A DNA stretch of 64,000 nt from Cyanobacteria bacterium P01_A01_bin.123. GTDB lineage: Bacteria > Cyanobacteriota > Cyanobacteriia > Phormidesmidales > Phormidesmidaceae. The stretch covers positions 96,001 to 160,000 of the forward strand of contig JBCBZT010000002.1 in assembly GCA_039815185.1 (NCBI GenBank), in the 5' to 3' direction. Position 1 is the stretch's first letter; every line of letters starts with the position of its first letter. The position numbers and the translations under genes are program-made. Positions 31,580-43,800 of the stretch are shown one piece after another. The notes below the pieces were generated by a model, which was not told the DNA's origin, ran no database searches, and was given only the letters and a program-made list of their open reading frames with translations.

Positions 31580-31889
31580 AACCCTGAAAATAACAGCGGT
31601 TGCACACTACCATCAGGCAAAATACCCGGTAGCCACTCATTGCCCCGAGGTTCTGTCCTGCCCCACTTCTCTGGTCAGGTTTTTGCCGCGATCAGTGCTC
31701 GAACTCGCGCCAGCTCTTCGTCATTAATCAAGTTTACTAAAGGCTGCAGCCGCTGTGTTGCGGGGACATTGACTGGTGCGGCGTAAGGACGAAGTAAGTC
31801 ACGACCACCTAGTTATAACCCTAAACTAGAATCAGCTATAAACCATGCGGCTTTTACCAACCGTTGGTTTCGACTATTGGTTTCGGACT

Positions 31890-32528
31890 ATGACCCTATC
31901 GCCTGCACAAGTTCAAACAGATACCTGGGTGAAAGCTACCTGGGAAGAGTTTGTCGCTGCCATGGATGAGCCTCGCTACGAGGAAGGTCGCGGGTATTTT
32001 GACAATGGCCATATGAGGATTGAAATGGCTCCGTTGGGTGCAGGACATGCGCGACAAAACTCGATTGTATCCAAAGTGATTAGCCTCTACGCTATGGTTC
32101 GCAATTTGCGGCTAGTCGAATTCACGAATTGCAGCTTCTACAAAACCGGAGAACGGGGCTGTCAGCCAGATACTGCTTTCTACATTGGGGCTAACTTTCA
32201 ACTGCCACCTCAAAATAATTCGCCAGTTGATGTGAATGTATTTGGGCCACCTGCTTTGGCGATTGAAATTAGCGGCAGCACCTTTAAAGATGATTTGGGC
32301 GCAAAGCGGTTGCTGTATGAGCGGTTGGGCGTAGCGGAATATTGGGTGGTGAATGTGGCAGAGCAGGATGTGATTGCCTTTGCCATTGCAGATCAGCGTA
32401 GCGGTGAAGTGCAGATCTCGGAGGTGTTGCCGGGGCTAGAGATAAGTTTGGTAGAACAAGCATTGCATCGTTCCCAAACTGAAGATGACAGCATCCTCAT
32501 GCGCTGGCTGATGGACACTTTGCAGTAA
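31890..32528 (+). CDS. Uma2-family endonuclease
   Basis: IEMAP..GH, QPDTAFY, PALAIEIS, KRLLYERLGVAEYWVVNV. Confidence 0.9.
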   Translation: MTLSPAQVQTDTWVKATWEEFVAAMDEPRYEEGRGYFDNGHMRIEMAPLGAGHARQNSIVSKVISLYAMVRNLRLVEFTNCSFYKTGERGCQPDTAFYIGANFQLPPQNNSPVDVNVFGPPALAIEISGSTFKDDLGAKRLLYERLGVAEYWVVNVAEQDVIAFAIADQRSGEVQISEVLPGLEISLVEQALHRSQTEDDSILMRWLMDTLQ

Positions 32529-32552
32529 AAATTATACTCCCTGACCACCCTC

Positions 32553-32792
32553 ATGACCCAGCCGTCTCCACAGAAACCTACCTTTGAGGAACGCCTCTCG
32601 GATGCCGTTTTCAAGCTTATTGTTGCTGGCAGTGGGGGCTATGCTCTGTATAACCTTTACTTGGAAGACATTCCCAAAGCAGCCATTTCTGGATTGGTGG
32701 CCTTTGGCTCTGGGTTAATGACCAGTTTTGGTCAGGGACTTATGAATGCCCTGACCAATCGCATGAAACAGCGGGGTGAAGCTACAAGCTGA
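32553..32792 (+). pseudogene. Short two-TM ORF, probably the truncated N-terminus of a larger protein
   Basis: Two hydrophobic segments followed by an abrupt stop at the island edge; resembles N-termini of cyanobacterial NACHT/GUN4 proteins (inference). Confidence 0.4.
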
Positions 32793-33141
32793 TCACAGTA
32801 GCGTCGCCTTTTGACGCTGTAGCTAAAGCGGTTAAAACCTCAGGTACCAGCGGCTTAAGGTCAGCCAAACGATTGGATGGAGCCTGCAAAACGATGACTA
32901 TTTTCAGTCTTGAAAAATTTAATTCAGAAAATTTAATCTTGGCTAAAAATATCAGTTTTATAATAAAAATATCGCTAAAGATAAAGCTTCATGATGTTTC
33001 TTTAGCGTGATCAAGCTCGATTAAATCGATCATTCAGCCTCCAAACCCGATTTATTAAATAAGGCTAGAACTATCTAATTCGGGTTCAGTGGGCTAGAAG
33101 ATTGCCATGCTCTGGATTCGAGATTGTGCAAGGAGAGTCTT

Positions 33142-33672
33142 ATGTTCAAGAAAATTCTAGTTGCAATTGATGGTTCTGAGACTAGATCTCAAGCTATCTT
33201 TCAACAGGCATTAACCTTAGCAAAAATGACTGATTCTCAGTTAATGTTGTTGCACGTCCTATGTTCAGAAGATCACAATAATCCTGGTTTGCCGATGCGA
33301 ACCTACAGTGTTTACTATCCTCCCGTTGACGATGTGGCTTGGCAAACCTATCAAAAACGCTGGGATGACTATGAACGTAGCTGGGTTGAAAAACTAAAAA
33401 ATATGAGCGATTCTGCGATCGCGGCGGGTGTCCCCACCGAATTTACAGAAGCGGGGGGAGAGCCTGGCAAACAAATTTGCAACCTGGCAAAAAGCTGGGC
33501 CGCTGATTTAATTATTGTTGGCAGTCGTGGCCGTAAGGGCATTGCAGAATGGTTGCTGGGCAGCATCAGCAACTATGTCATGCACCACGCCCCTTGTTCA
33601 GTATTGGTTGTTCATAATGCTGCCACCGCTAATGCCTCAGCTACGACTACCGAAGCCGCCGTTGTGACCTAG
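33142..33672 (+). CDS. Universal stress protein
   Basis: MFKKILVAIDGS, DLIIVGSRG, LGSISNYVMHHAPCSVLVV; AGGAG SD. Confidence 0.95.
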   Translation: MFKKILVAIDGSETRSQAIFQQALTLAKMTDSQLMLLHVLCSEDHNNPGLPMRTYSVYYPPVDDVAWQTYQKRWDDYERSWVEKLKNMSDSAIAAGVPTEFTEAGGEPGKQICNLAKSWAADLIIVGSRGRKGIAEWLLGSISNYVMHHAPCSVLVVHNAATANASATTTEAAVVT

Positions 33673-33767
33673 CCAATGCAATCCGGCCATAGTGGATTTG
33701 ACTGTTCACTGGGTCGGGCAAAATATTGTCAACGGGTCTAAACTGATGGTGTTTCCACCGTGATTGG

Positions 33768-34067
33768 TTGCCTTTGAACCCTATAAACTTTCTGACAGAG
33801 ATCCTAGGTGATGCCGAATCCTGGGAAATTACAGATCTGATCATCGCAATTAGCGTCGTTCTAGCTGGGGCTATTGCCATCTTTCGCCTAGACCAAGATG
33901 ACACCTTAGATGATGAAGATCTGTGGGCGGAGGTTTCAGATGATGAAATCAATCAGGACGATGAGGCGTTTGACGCAGATGAATCAGACGGCGACATTGA
34001 CATTACAGATGAGGCGGCAACGGCCTTAGAAGATGATGGGGCGAGATTTTCCCCTAAGGACGAATGA
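33768..34067 (+). CDS. Small membrane protein with acidic tail
   Basis: One TM helix then a D/E-rich tail; TTG start uncertain. Confidence 0.55.
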   Translation: MPLNPINFLTEILGDAESWEITDLIIAISVVLAGAIAIFRLDQDDTLDDEDLWAEVSDDEINQDDEAFDADESDGDIDITDEAATALEDDGARFSPKDE

Positions 34068-35817
34068 GATAGCGCTGCGATTGCCGCTGTTTGGAGATGG
34101 CCTTGGCGCGATATAAAGGCACTTGGATTAAATGGGATACCAAACCAATGCCAAGTATCAACATCGATAGGGCAACCACGGGTTGGAAAAAGCCAATCGT
34201 CAAGCCTAAACTGACGGCACAACCCAAGAATGCTGTCAGCAACACAATCCGAATTGAGAAATTGGGTCTAAACCGCTCTTTTAACAAGGCATCAACTGCC
34301 AGCCCCAGAGAAATTCCTGAAATCCAACCGCTGACGAGCCCAATCCCGCAACCGAGCAAAATCTCAGCTACGCTACCACTGTTGATATTGCCTGCCATAA
34401 ACCAAGCCGATAGTAAGGTTAAGGTGCCTACTATTGCCCCTGCGATGGCACCTACATTAGCGCTCATTGACCCCGTACTTGCCAGCGCCCAAGCTGCGAC
34501 TTCTAGTCCGCCAGCAGTCCCCGCTGCAGTGCCAAAGGCGGCCAGAGCTAGGTTGCCATCTAACACCACATGCTCACCCACCAGCCAGTACACGCTGCGA
34601 TACAAAAACATCATGGCGAAAAAGAGTAAACCTAGCGATCTCCAGTAGGCTTGTTTTTGCCGGGTCAATAAAGGTGCTGTTTTTAGCTTGATAGAAAGTG
34701 AATAAGCTTCGGGTAGGGCATTGGTCGTTAGTCGTAGGGTTCGTTCATACAGATGATCGGTCATCAGACGACTGGCATCGACCGTGATTTCAAAGGTTGC
34801 CTCATTGCCTCGGAAGACGTTCGGTTCAATCGTAATCCAGGGATGGCTACCCTCTTGGGTCAGCGGATCACTCGGATGGGATAAAATCTCCCATTGACCC
34901 TGAAGCTCTGTATCAGGAACTGGATTACTAACTTGCAACGTCTGCACCAACGTTTGATTAGAACGGCTGGCCGTTAGATCAATAGAACTCTGACTCAGAC
35001 GTACCTTAGGAGAATACAAAGGACAGTTTGGCATGCTTTGTAAGGCAGCTACCGCATTGGGATAGCGTTCCTTTGAGCGAGTCTCAACTAACCGCTCTAG
35101 CCACTTCACCCAGTGAATATTAATCTTGGGCACCAGATGCTTAAACTTAACGCGGTAGCTAATGTCGACTAAATCGCCAATATCATCGGGCTTTGTCCCC
35201 GTGAGCAGGCATACTAGCGTCATTCCTAAACCGTATAAATCAGAGGCTTCGGTCAGGGTTCGATTAAACAACTGCTCTGGCGGCATAAATCCCAGCGTGC
35301 CTTTGACCACACTGCTGACCCCGACCTCGCCATCACCCACGCGGGCAAAACCAAAGTCAACCAGATACACATTTAGGTCATCATCCACCAAGATATTATC
35401 TGGCTTAATGTCGCGGTGAATCACAGGAGGGATACGCGACTGTAAATAAACCAAAATCTCTAAAACCGCAATCGCAATGCTTTGAATCTGCGGCGGACTA
35501 AAACTTCGATTAGCCGAGAGTGATACAGCAGGCTTATAATCCTGCACCATGCAAAATCCCTCATCAGTTTGGAAGCCGTCTACGTAGCGGGGAATTCCAG
35601 GATGATTCAGGGAACGCAGGACTTCAATCTCTCGCTGATAGGCATCAAAGTCTGCCCAAGAGGCCTGTGTCTTGGCAAATTGGAACTGTTTCAACACAAA
35701 AGGCTGATGGTTCAGCGCGTCCCTAGCCAGATACGTAACCCGTCCGCCTGCTCGGTTACAACCCAGCTCTTCCTCAATCAGATAGCCATACTCTTTGAAA
35801 TCAGGAAAATTAGCCAT
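34054..35817 (-). CDS. Ser/Thr protein kinase with C-terminal membrane domain
   Basis: VLKQF, HPGIP, IHRDIKPDN, DFG, GTLGFMPPEQ, SDLYGLG; multiple C-terminal TMs. Confidence 0.92.
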   Translation of the reverse strand: MANFPDFKEYGYLIEEELGCNRAGGRVTYLARDALNHQPFVLKQFQFAKTQASWADFDAYQREIEVLRSLNHPGIPRYVDGFQTDEGFCMVQDYKPAVSLSANRSFSPPQIQSIAIAVLEILVYLQSRIPPVIHRDIKPDNILVDDDLNVYLVDFGFARVGDGEVGVSSVVKGTLGFMPPEQLFNRTLTEASDLYGLGMTLVCLLTGTKPDDIGDLVDISYRVKFKHLVPKINIHWVKWLERLVETRSKERYPNAVAALQSMPNCPLYSPKVRLSQSSIDLTASRSNQTLVQTLQVSNPVPDTELQGQWEILSHPSDPLTQEGSHPWITIEPNVFRGNEATFEITVDASRLMTDHLYERTLRLTTNALPEAYSLSIKLKTAPLLTRQKQAYWRSLGLLFFAMMFLYRSVYWLVGEHVVLDGNLALAAFGTAAGTAGGLEVAAWALASTGSMSANVGAIAGAIVGTLTLLSAWFMAGNINSGSVAEILLGCGIGLVSGWISGISLGLAVDALLKERFRPNFSIRIVLLTAFLGCAVSLGLTIGFFQPVVALSMLILGIGLVSHLIQVPLYRAKAISKQRQSQRYLIRP

Positions 35818-36108
35818 ATTCAAAGCTAGGTTGCAATGCACCAATAGACAACACAATAAAAATTCGCGTTAATCAACTCGCTCTCTAAGATAGAAACGAT
35901 AAAACCTTAGAAATAACCCTGTTAAAAACTTTAACTCAAACGTAGGTATTCTTTACTAAAGATTATCTACTCGATTTTTATAACATATTTGCCTCAGTAT
36001 TTTCTATGAAACAGGCCTTTCCCGATACTCAAGCTTGTCGCATCACGCATCAAGCCGAATGATATGCGATGCGCTTGTACCTGTGGCGGTGGCTAAGGGG
36101 CCTAAGGG

Positions 36109-37410
36109 TCAAAAAATTGGGTTGGCGATCGCCGCGTTGCGTTGCTGAGCCGCTGTTTGAAACAGCTGACTATACTGCTGATAGCCGCCGGGAACCACCA
36201 CGTTCAGCGTCAAGGGATCTTGCGTATCGCGAGGATCGCAGGGGCCTTCGATCACCTGAGCCTGTCCGTCTAGGGTGGTGAGTTTGATGGCTTTGCGATT
36301 TTTTAGCTCGCCATCGCTGCTGTCGACATAGACTATGAGGTTATCCGTTTTGAGAGCTCGGCCAATGTCCTGTACTAGGGTCAAAAAGTTGCGATCGCTG
36401 CCCCCCCGCTTGGCGACCAAATTCCCCTTTTCTTCGATTATTTGACTCGTGACCGTATCGCCCACACCGATAATCTTGGGCATCACTGCCGGGTCAAAAT
36501 TGTCTTTAACCAATTGCAATAGGGCGTCGTGATCATGGGGTGCTTGGCGGGCATTGAATCCTTCGCCTAGGGGATAAGCCCCTGTGCGTTGATACACATA
36601 GCGGTTGAGTAGGGCCAATACCCCGGCTTCTTTGATGGCGCCCCGCAGCATAAACTGAAAGTCTGTTGTCCCTGAAGCCTGATCGTCACTCCACCAAATC
36701 ACTTCTTTGCCATCTGCCCCGCGACCCAGGTTCGGCGCGTAGTGAACAAAGAAAGACTCTGCTAGCTCCTGGGCCGATGCCTCTGCTAGCAATTGATCCA
36801 TCAATACCTGCATCGTTTTTTGGAGGGCTGCGAAAACCTGGGTTTGGCCGCCCATCGCCCCATACAACGTATTCAAGTTAGCCGTCGGAGAAGCAACATT
36901 ATCTAGGGCGGAGGAATCGATGCAGGTTGCGAGGGTGGCTTCATCTAAGACGTCAGGGTACTGGGCAAAAAACTCATGTAGCTGTTCCCGAATTCTATTA
37001 GGGACTGCTTTCAAAAACGTGAGTTCGGCGTCACTAACACCCGGATGGGACACTTGACCGTCGCGCTCTTGCCATTGGACCCCGCCTGCGGCCAATCCAG
37101 GTAAGTAAAGTCCCTCAGATTTAACCCTGCCCGGATCTCCAAAGGCCCGTTCTACAATGCCGTTGACCCCACGTTGGCCAATATGTTCTCCGTTGGTGAG
37201 CACGTAAAAATGATCCCCCAGCGATCGCGTTGCGGTGACATAATCCGTCTCGATCAAGCGATGGAGCGGGTCATTCACTAGCCCCATGCAAACCCCGTCT
37301 AAGTCTTGAATAATCAGCAAATTTTCAGTTTTAGCCAGTACATCTACGAGAGCATCGTGCTGCAAAGACATGGATTGCTGGTGCAAGGGTAAATCGGTGG
37401 CAAGGCTCAT
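36109..37410 (-). CDS. stpA: Glucosylglycerol-phosphate phosphatase
   Basis: LLIIQDLDGVCMGLV, VLTNGEH, HYAPNLG, GVGDTVTS, RGGSDRNFL. Confidence 0.9.
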   Translation of the reverse strand: MSLATDLPLHQQSMSLQHDALVDVLAKTENLLIIQDLDGVCMGLVNDPLHRLIETDYVTATRSLGDHFYVLTNGEHIGQRGVNGIVERAFGDPGRVKSEGLYLPGLAAGGVQWQERDGQVSHPGVSDAELTFLKAVPNRIREQLHEFFAQYPDVLDEATLATCIDSSALDNVASPTANLNTLYGAMGGQTQVFAALQKTMQVLMDQLLAEASAQELAESFFVHYAPNLGRGADGKEVIWWSDDQASGTTDFQFMLRGAIKEAGVLALLNRYVYQRTGAYPLGEGFNARQAPHDHDALLQLVKDNFDPAVMPKIIGVGDTVTSQIIEEKGNLVAKRGGSDRNFLTLVQDIGRALKTDNLIVYVDSSDGELKNRKAIKLTTLDGQAQVIEGPCDPRDTQDPLTLNVVVPGGYQQYSQLFQTAAQQRNAAIANPIF

Positions 37411-39149
37411 GGAATTGTTCTCCGCGCGTCTCTTGCCTCACCATACCAAAGCAACCCCCATCGCTTCAGCATCCCTAACCCAATCCCCAAACTCACTAGA
37501 CTGAGTCCAGCCCCCCAAATCAAGGCTCGCGTCGGTTGATATCGCAACACAACGGTATGAGCCCCTGGAGGCAGTTCCACAGCGATCGCGCCATCGCTCA
37601 AAACCACCCCCGATTGGGGGCGATCGTCCACCGTGATCTGCCAAGCCGGATAGTAAAAGGTCCGTACCTTTAGCGTGGTCGCGGTGGCGGCCCTCACCCC
37701 CAACACTCGGTATTGGTTTTTCCAAGTTTGTAAGTTGACTGTCGCGTCACCCGTCAGTACGGAGACTGGGGGTTCTCCAGGCTGGGGTTGAGGGGCAGGC
37801 TGATGATCAATCAGGGGTTGATATTCGGGCACATCGGGCAGATTGTCCTGATAGGGATTCCACAATGCCTCGCGAATCCCATCCAAATAGGCTGTGTCGG
37901 CTCGACCCGAATTATGAAGTGTGGGAAATCGACGCGGCCATTGGTAGGCATAGGCCAGATTTCCCATTATCAGAACTGTAATCAGCAGCCATCCGCTCAG
38001 TCGGATGCCCCAATGACGGGATTGATTGCCTGCCATCATCGCCGGACTGATTAATGCCGCCCCACCCATAGACAAAAATGAAAGCAGTCGGGTGGGGCTT
38101 TGAACTCGCACCAGGGTAGGGCTCAGTCGCCACAGTGACCAGGTTAGGGAGGTCATGCTCAAGGCTAGGATTAGGGTGAACCCCAGCCATTTCAGCGTTT
38201 CAGTTTGAACCAAACGCTGGCGACGGTAGGCCACCAGTGCGAAAACGGCGATCGCACTACTGCTCAACACTTGATAAAAATATGCCCAGGTCAGATGGCT
38301 ATCAAAATTCAACCGCGTCGTGACCAGATGATGCAGTCTGATCATCCGATCATAAAAGGTGGCCCCACCCACCGTTGCCATGGCATCAATGTTGACCCAG
38401 CCCTTTTCGAGGGTGGCAGGCAGCAAAAAGACACTGGCTAATCCCAACCCCACGAGGGTGGCAAAGCCGATCGCCGCGATCGCTTGCCACCCAGCCTTAC
38501 GATAGGAAACCAGGGTGTAGGGTAGCCACACCACTAACCCCAGCAGCAGTGATGGCAGGTGGGTCAAGCTCAGCAGCATCCAGCCCAGAGATACCCCCAA
38601 TCGCCAATGGGGACTGTTTCTAGACTGATCAGTGGCCCACCAAATCCAGGGAATCCAGACCATGGCAAACACGGTCGAAAGGCTACCAAAGCTGTAGACC
38701 ACATAGACAACGTAGGGAGCGCTCAGATACGCAACGGCGCTGACCAGAGCAGCGCCGGCACCCCACCGCGATCGCTGATAACCGTACATCATGCCACCCG
38801 CCCCCAAAATACCGAGGGAGAACAGCAGGGTGATCGTGCGTTCAGTATTTAACCCCAATCCTTTCAGGGCCGAGCCCAGGTAATAAACCAGCGGCGGGTA
38901 AAACACAAAGGTAGGACTGCCATAGCCATAGTTGGTGCCCCCCAGCCAGCGCGGATAGACATCGCCGTCTGTCAATCCTTTGAAAAAATACTGGAGCCAG
39001 GCGATGTGCCACTGTAAATCGGCAATTCCGTTGAGTCCATCCCGAATCATGCGTGAATTAACCAGCAGCGTCGCGATCAGCAAAGCGACGCCTACCCAGA
39101 TCAACTCAAAGAACCAGGATTGACGACCATGGGCGCGGGTTTCAGCCAT
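37407..39149 (-). CDS. Polytopic membrane protein, PTPS-related/YfhO-like (probable GT-C fold)
   Basis: YPRW...YGYGSPTFVFYPPL, many TMs, C-terminal FYYPAW...LPPGAHTV. Confidence 0.75.
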   Translation of the reverse strand: MAETRAHGRQSWFFELIWVGVALLIATLLVNSRMIRDGLNGIADLQWHIAWLQYFFKGLTDGDVYPRWLGGTNYGYGSPTFVFYPPLVYYLGSALKGLGLNTERTITLLFSLGILGAGGMMYGYQRSRWGAGAALVSAVAYLSAPYVVYVVYSFGSLSTVFAMVWIPWIWWATDQSRNSPHWRLGVSLGWMLLSLTHLPSLLLGLVVWLPYTLVSYRKAGWQAIAAIGFATLVGLGLASVFLLPATLEKGWVNIDAMATVGGATFYDRMIRLHHLVTTRLNFDSHLTWAYFYQVLSSSAIAVFALVAYRRQRLVQTETLKWLGFTLILALSMTSLTWSLWRLSPTLVRVQSPTRLLSFLSMGGAALISPAMMAGNQSRHWGIRLSGWLLITVLIMGNLAYAYQWPRRFPTLHNSGRADTAYLDGIREALWNPYQDNLPDVPEYQPLIDHQPAPQPQPGEPPVSVLTGDATVNLQTWKNQYRVLGVRAATATTLKVRTFYYPAWQITVDDRPQSGVVLSDGAIAVELPPGAHTVVLRYQPTRALIWGAGLSLVSLGIGLGMLKRWGLLWYGEARDARRTIP

Positions 39150-39173
39150 CAGGGATTCGCAATTTGGAGATCA

Positions 39174-40526
39174 TCAGTTCGGGTGACACACTGCCTTCAA
39201 CGTTGCCACAAAATCTGGATAGGACACAGCCGCTGCTTCTGCCCGCTCAATGGTGGTGGTGCCCGCGGTTCGCAGGGCTGCGATCGCTAAACTCATGGCA
39301 ATCCGGTGATCCGTAAAGCTATTGACCGTCGCGCCGCTGAGGTCGGCTTCTCCCGCAATTTCCAGCCCGTCGGGGTACTCAGTCAGGGCAGCGCCCAGTT
39401 TAGTCAGTTGGGAGGCCATCACTGCCAATCGATCGCTTTCTTTAACCCGCAGTTCAGCCGCATCCGTAATCTTGGTTGTACCCCGAGCAAAGAGGGCCGC
39501 AACCGCTAAAATCGGCACTTCATCGACCATCCGGGGGATGATATCGCCACCTAGGGTACAGCCCTTAAGCACACTGTGACGAACGCGCAAATCAGCAACG
39601 GGTTCCCCCGTGACCAGTCGTTCATTTTCAAGGGTGATGTCGGCATCCATCTGCTCCAGGGCGTCTAAAATCCCCGTGCGGGTCGGATTAATGCCCACAT
39701 TTTCAATCACTAAATTTGACCCTGGGGTGATCGCCGCCGCAACCAACCAAAAGGCTGCAGAGCTAATATCGCCAGGTACAACCACCGTTTGCCCCGTTAG
39801 GGTAGCGGGGCCATTGAGGGTAACGCTGCAAGTGTCTGGATCAACCGTCACATCGGCGCCAAAAGCCCTCAGCATCCGCTCGCTGTGATCCCGTGACAGC
39901 GTTGGCTCGGTGACGGTGGTTGGCCCATTGACGGTCAGGCCAGCCAGTAAAATGCAAGATTTGACTTGGGCAGAGGCCACCGGCGAATGATAATGCATCG
40001 ACTTAAGCACTTGCCCCTGTACTGCCAGGGGGGCGAGGGTATTCCCCTGGCGTCCCCAAATTTGAGCCCCCATTTGCGTCAGTGGTTTGACCACGCGAGA
40101 CATGGGCCGACGGCGAATGGAGCTATCCCCAGTGAGGGTAAAAAAACAGTCGGGTTGGGCAGCGAGCAACCCCAACATTAATCGGATAGCGGTGCCTGCG
40201 TTGCCAACATCCAAGATATCAGTGGGTTCTTGCAGATGGCCTAGCCCCTGCCCTTTAACCGTGATCCACTCAGTGTCAAGATTGGAGACTTCAGCCCCCA
40301 TTTGCTGAAAACATCGGGCCGTACTACGGGGATCTTCTCCGAGTAACAAGCCTTGAATACGAGTCTCCCCTGACGCGATCGCACCCAGCATCAAAGCTCT
40401 ATGAGAAATGGACTTATCGCCAGGAACCCGCACCCGCCCTTGTAGCGACACGCCTTGTGCGGGTGGCATAATCGCCAGCCGTTGATGGGGGGGGTGGGAC
40501 GTCAGATTAATTATCGAATCAGACAT
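39174..40526 (-). CDS. aroA: EPSP synthase
   Basis: [41 protein letters not shown]. Confidence 0.98.
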   Translation of the reverse strand: MSDSIINLTSHPPHQRLAIMPPAQGVSLQGRVRVPGDKSISHRALMLGAIASGETRIQGLLLGEDPRSTARCFQQMGAEVSNLDTEWITVKGQGLGHLQEPTDILDVGNAGTAIRLMLGLLAAQPDCFFTLTGDSSIRRRPMSRVVKPLTQMGAQIWGRQGNTLAPLAVQGQVLKSMHYHSPVASAQVKSCILLAGLTVNGPTTVTEPTLSRDHSERMLRAFGADVTVDPDTCSVTLNGPATLTGQTVVVPGDISSAAFWLVAAAITPGSNLVIENVGINPTRTGILDALEQMDADITLENERLVTGEPVADLRVRHSVLKGCTLGGDIIPRMVDEVPILAVAALFARGTTKITDAAELRVKESDRLAVMASQLTKLGAALTEYPDGLEIAGEADLSGATVNSFTDHRIAMSLAIAALRTAGTTTIERAEAAAVSYPDFVATLKAVCHPN

Positions 40527-40802
40527 GGCATAGGGTGAATCAAAAGGGTGCTAGCAGATCTTATCGCCTCCAGGAACTCCCTCAAACTTGCTTTGTCCTG
40601 ATCCTAAGATTTTGACTAAAACGTCTCCCCCACTGGCTCACACCCAGACTAATATTCTTATCAGTTGCCTTACATATCTCACAGTACAGATTTAGGCTTT
40701 CTCTAAACTCGTCCCTTAAACTATGAGCAATGCTGGGCATCACATCATTCTGGGTTAAGTCAATAATCACAGCACCCTTGGGTTGAGAGGGAACGGTTAC
40801 AG

Positions 40803-43800
40803 ATGACGCATAGTGGCTCGCTTAAATCGCTCAGGCTTCCTCCTCTGAAGCTCGTCAGTACCGCATCTGTTCGACAGGCTGTGAAAGCAATGCATCAGCA
40901 AAAAGCGTCTGCTGTGTCAGTCATGGATGAGTTAGGACCCCAGGCGACGTTAGTGGGCCTATTTCATCAGTCAGGCTTGATTGAATTGGTTGCAACTCAA
41001 GCCAATTTGGATGAATTGACCCTGGCAGAGGTCATGGTGCCCCCGGAGTCTGGGCTACAAACTGAGGCTCAACCAACCGCAATGGCCGTCCAGAGCCAGG
41101 CCTTATCACAGGCAAATGCCCAGGTTGCTGCCATCGATCCAGCCAACTCTTTGCAGCAAGTCACGTCACAAATGCCGGGGTTGCTCGAAGCGATCGCCGA
41201 CGTGATTTTAGTGTTGAACAGCGAAGGTCGCTACTTGTCGATTGGGCCAAGCCCAGAAGATAAGCTCTATCGCCCCCCCCAGGAGCTTTTGGGGCAAACC
41301 CTCGAGGATATCTTTCCCGCCCCACAAGCCGCACAGTTTTTGCGTTGTATTCGAGCAACTTTGGAGACGCGATCGCTCAAAAGATTAGAATATGCTCTTA
41401 AAATTGCGGATCGAACCTACTGGTTTGATGCACTTTTTTCGCCTATTTCAACCGATGCGGTGGTCTGTGTTGCCCGCGATGTCACTCCCTACAAGCATAT
41501 GGAGACTCGGCTACACCTCAACCAAGAACGCTGGGAACTCATTAGTAAAGGCACCCAAGACGGCATATTTGATGTAGATCTGCTCACCGGGGAAGCGTTT
41601 TTTTCTAAGCGTTACAAAGAGATTTTTGGTTACGCCGATCATGACCTGGCCAGTGATCATCAAGAATGGATGAGCCGCATCCACCCCGATGACTTGGAGC
41701 GGGTGATGGCCGCCTATCAAGGTTACTTAAACCGTCAGCTCCCCACCTATGCCGTTGAGTATCGCCTACGCACTAAACAGGGGCATTATCAATGGGTGCT
41801 GACTCGGGGGCAAGCCCTTTGGGATGAGCAGGGCAACCCTATCCGGTTAGCTGGGGTTAATTCAGACATCAGCGATCGCAAACAGCTACAAGCCGACCGC
41901 GATCGCTTTTTTACCTTAGCTGCTGACATGCTGGGCATTTATGACTTCAGCGGCAACTTCAAACGGGTGAATCCAGCCTTTAAAGAAATTCTTGGTTTCT
42001 CAGAAACAGAACTCTTAGCGCACCCGATTGAGCATTTTCTCCATCCAGATGATCTTCAGCTAGCCGCAGAACATCAACGCCACTTATGGCGGGGGGATTC
42101 GTTGCCCCACCATGAAAACCGCTGGCGGTGCGCTGACGGTAGCTATAAATGGATTGCCTGGACCCTAGTGCCGTTTGTCGAAGAACGCCTGATTTATGCC
42201 ACCGGAAGAGACATTACCCAACGCAAACAGGCTCAAGCTGATTTACAAAACCAGCAGGCTTTTCTCACCCAAGTGGTGAATACGATTCCCAGCAGCGTAT
42301 TTGTTAAAGACGCCAAGGGTCAATTCTTGCTGGCCAATAATGCAGCAGCTGAACTCTATGGCACCACCCTTGATCAATTAGTCGGTAAATCAGATACTGA
42401 CTTTCTGGGAAATGCCGGCTTTATGCAAGATCTCTTGGCGGTCAATCGTCAAGTCATGAACTCCCATAAAGCCTTTGTGGATACAGATCAGCCTTTTTGG
42501 TTACCCAATGGCGAAAAGCGCTGGTTTCACACCACAATCAAACCGTTTATCCAAGCCGATGGTAAAGTGCATGGCGTGATTGGCCACTGTATTGATGTCA
42601 GCGATCGCAAAGAAATTGAAATCGAACTCCAGCAGGCTAAAGAAATCGCGGAAGCGGCAAATCAAGCGAAAAGTGAATTTCTCGCGACCATGAGCCACGA
42701 AATTCGGACGCCGATGAATGCCGTGGTTGGCATGACGGGGCTCCTGATGGGTACAACGCTCACCGCTGAACAACGAGAATCTGTCGAAATCATTCGCCAC
42801 AGTAGCGACAATTTACTGCTGATTATCAACGACATTCTCGATTTATCCAAAATTGAGTCTGGCAAGTTAGAACTCGAACAACACCCTTTTGATCTCCGTA
42901 CCTGTGTTGAAGAATCCATTGATCTAATTGCGTCTGAGGCTGTTCGTAAGGGGCTGGAGTTGGCCTACTTTATCGACCCTGATTTGCCTGAACGGTTTAT
43001 CGGTGATGCGGGTCGGTTGCGTCAGATTTTAGTGAATTTGCTCAGTAACAGCGTCAAATTCACTGAAGACGGTGAGATCGAAATCAGGGTTATGGGGATG
43101 CCGATTGCAGCGGTTCCAGAGCCGCAAGCACAGCTATCCCTAGAGTCTCCAGGACAACCCACGACGGGTTTAGCCTATGAGCTGACAGTTGCTGTCCGAG
43201 ATACAGGCATTGGGATTGCTCCCGATCAGATTGCCACGCTGTTTCAACCCTTTAACCAAATCGATGCCTCTATCACCCGCAAGTATGGCGGCACCGGCCT
43301 AGGGTTAGTGATTAGCCAACGGCTGAGCGCCATGATGCAGGGCCGTATGTGGGTGAATAGTTTGGTCGATGAAGGGTCAACTTTCTACTTTACGACAGTC
43401 ATTTACCCGCTTGAAAAGCAACCAAACCCCTCTCCCGATGAGCTTTGTGGGAAATGTGTGCTGGTCGTGGGCGAGACGATAGGGCACCGGCAAATCATTC
43501 AGCAACTAGAATCGTTGGGGCTTCAAACCGTACAGGCCAACACGGCAAACGCGGCATTAGCAGCCTTACCCCCTGCCCCGGCTTTCCCGCCAGCCATTCA
43601 GGCAGTACTGCTCGATGCTCTGCATCCGTCTGAATTTGAGGCTGGCTCCCCCCTCAGTTGTTTATTGAATCGAATTCAGCAGCTGCCATTGATTTTTCTC
43701 AAATCGACCCCCGCCGTTGCCGACCCCCAAACCGTTGCCAGCGTTAGTCATGCCCTGTGTTTGGTGAAGCCCATTAAACAATCACAGCTCCGTAGCGTAT

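Noticed and set aside
31675..31812. Start-less 45-codon minus-strand frame (LGGRDLLRPY...ARVRALIAAKT*)
   Set aside because: May be a gene remnant, but I cannot assign it to any family.
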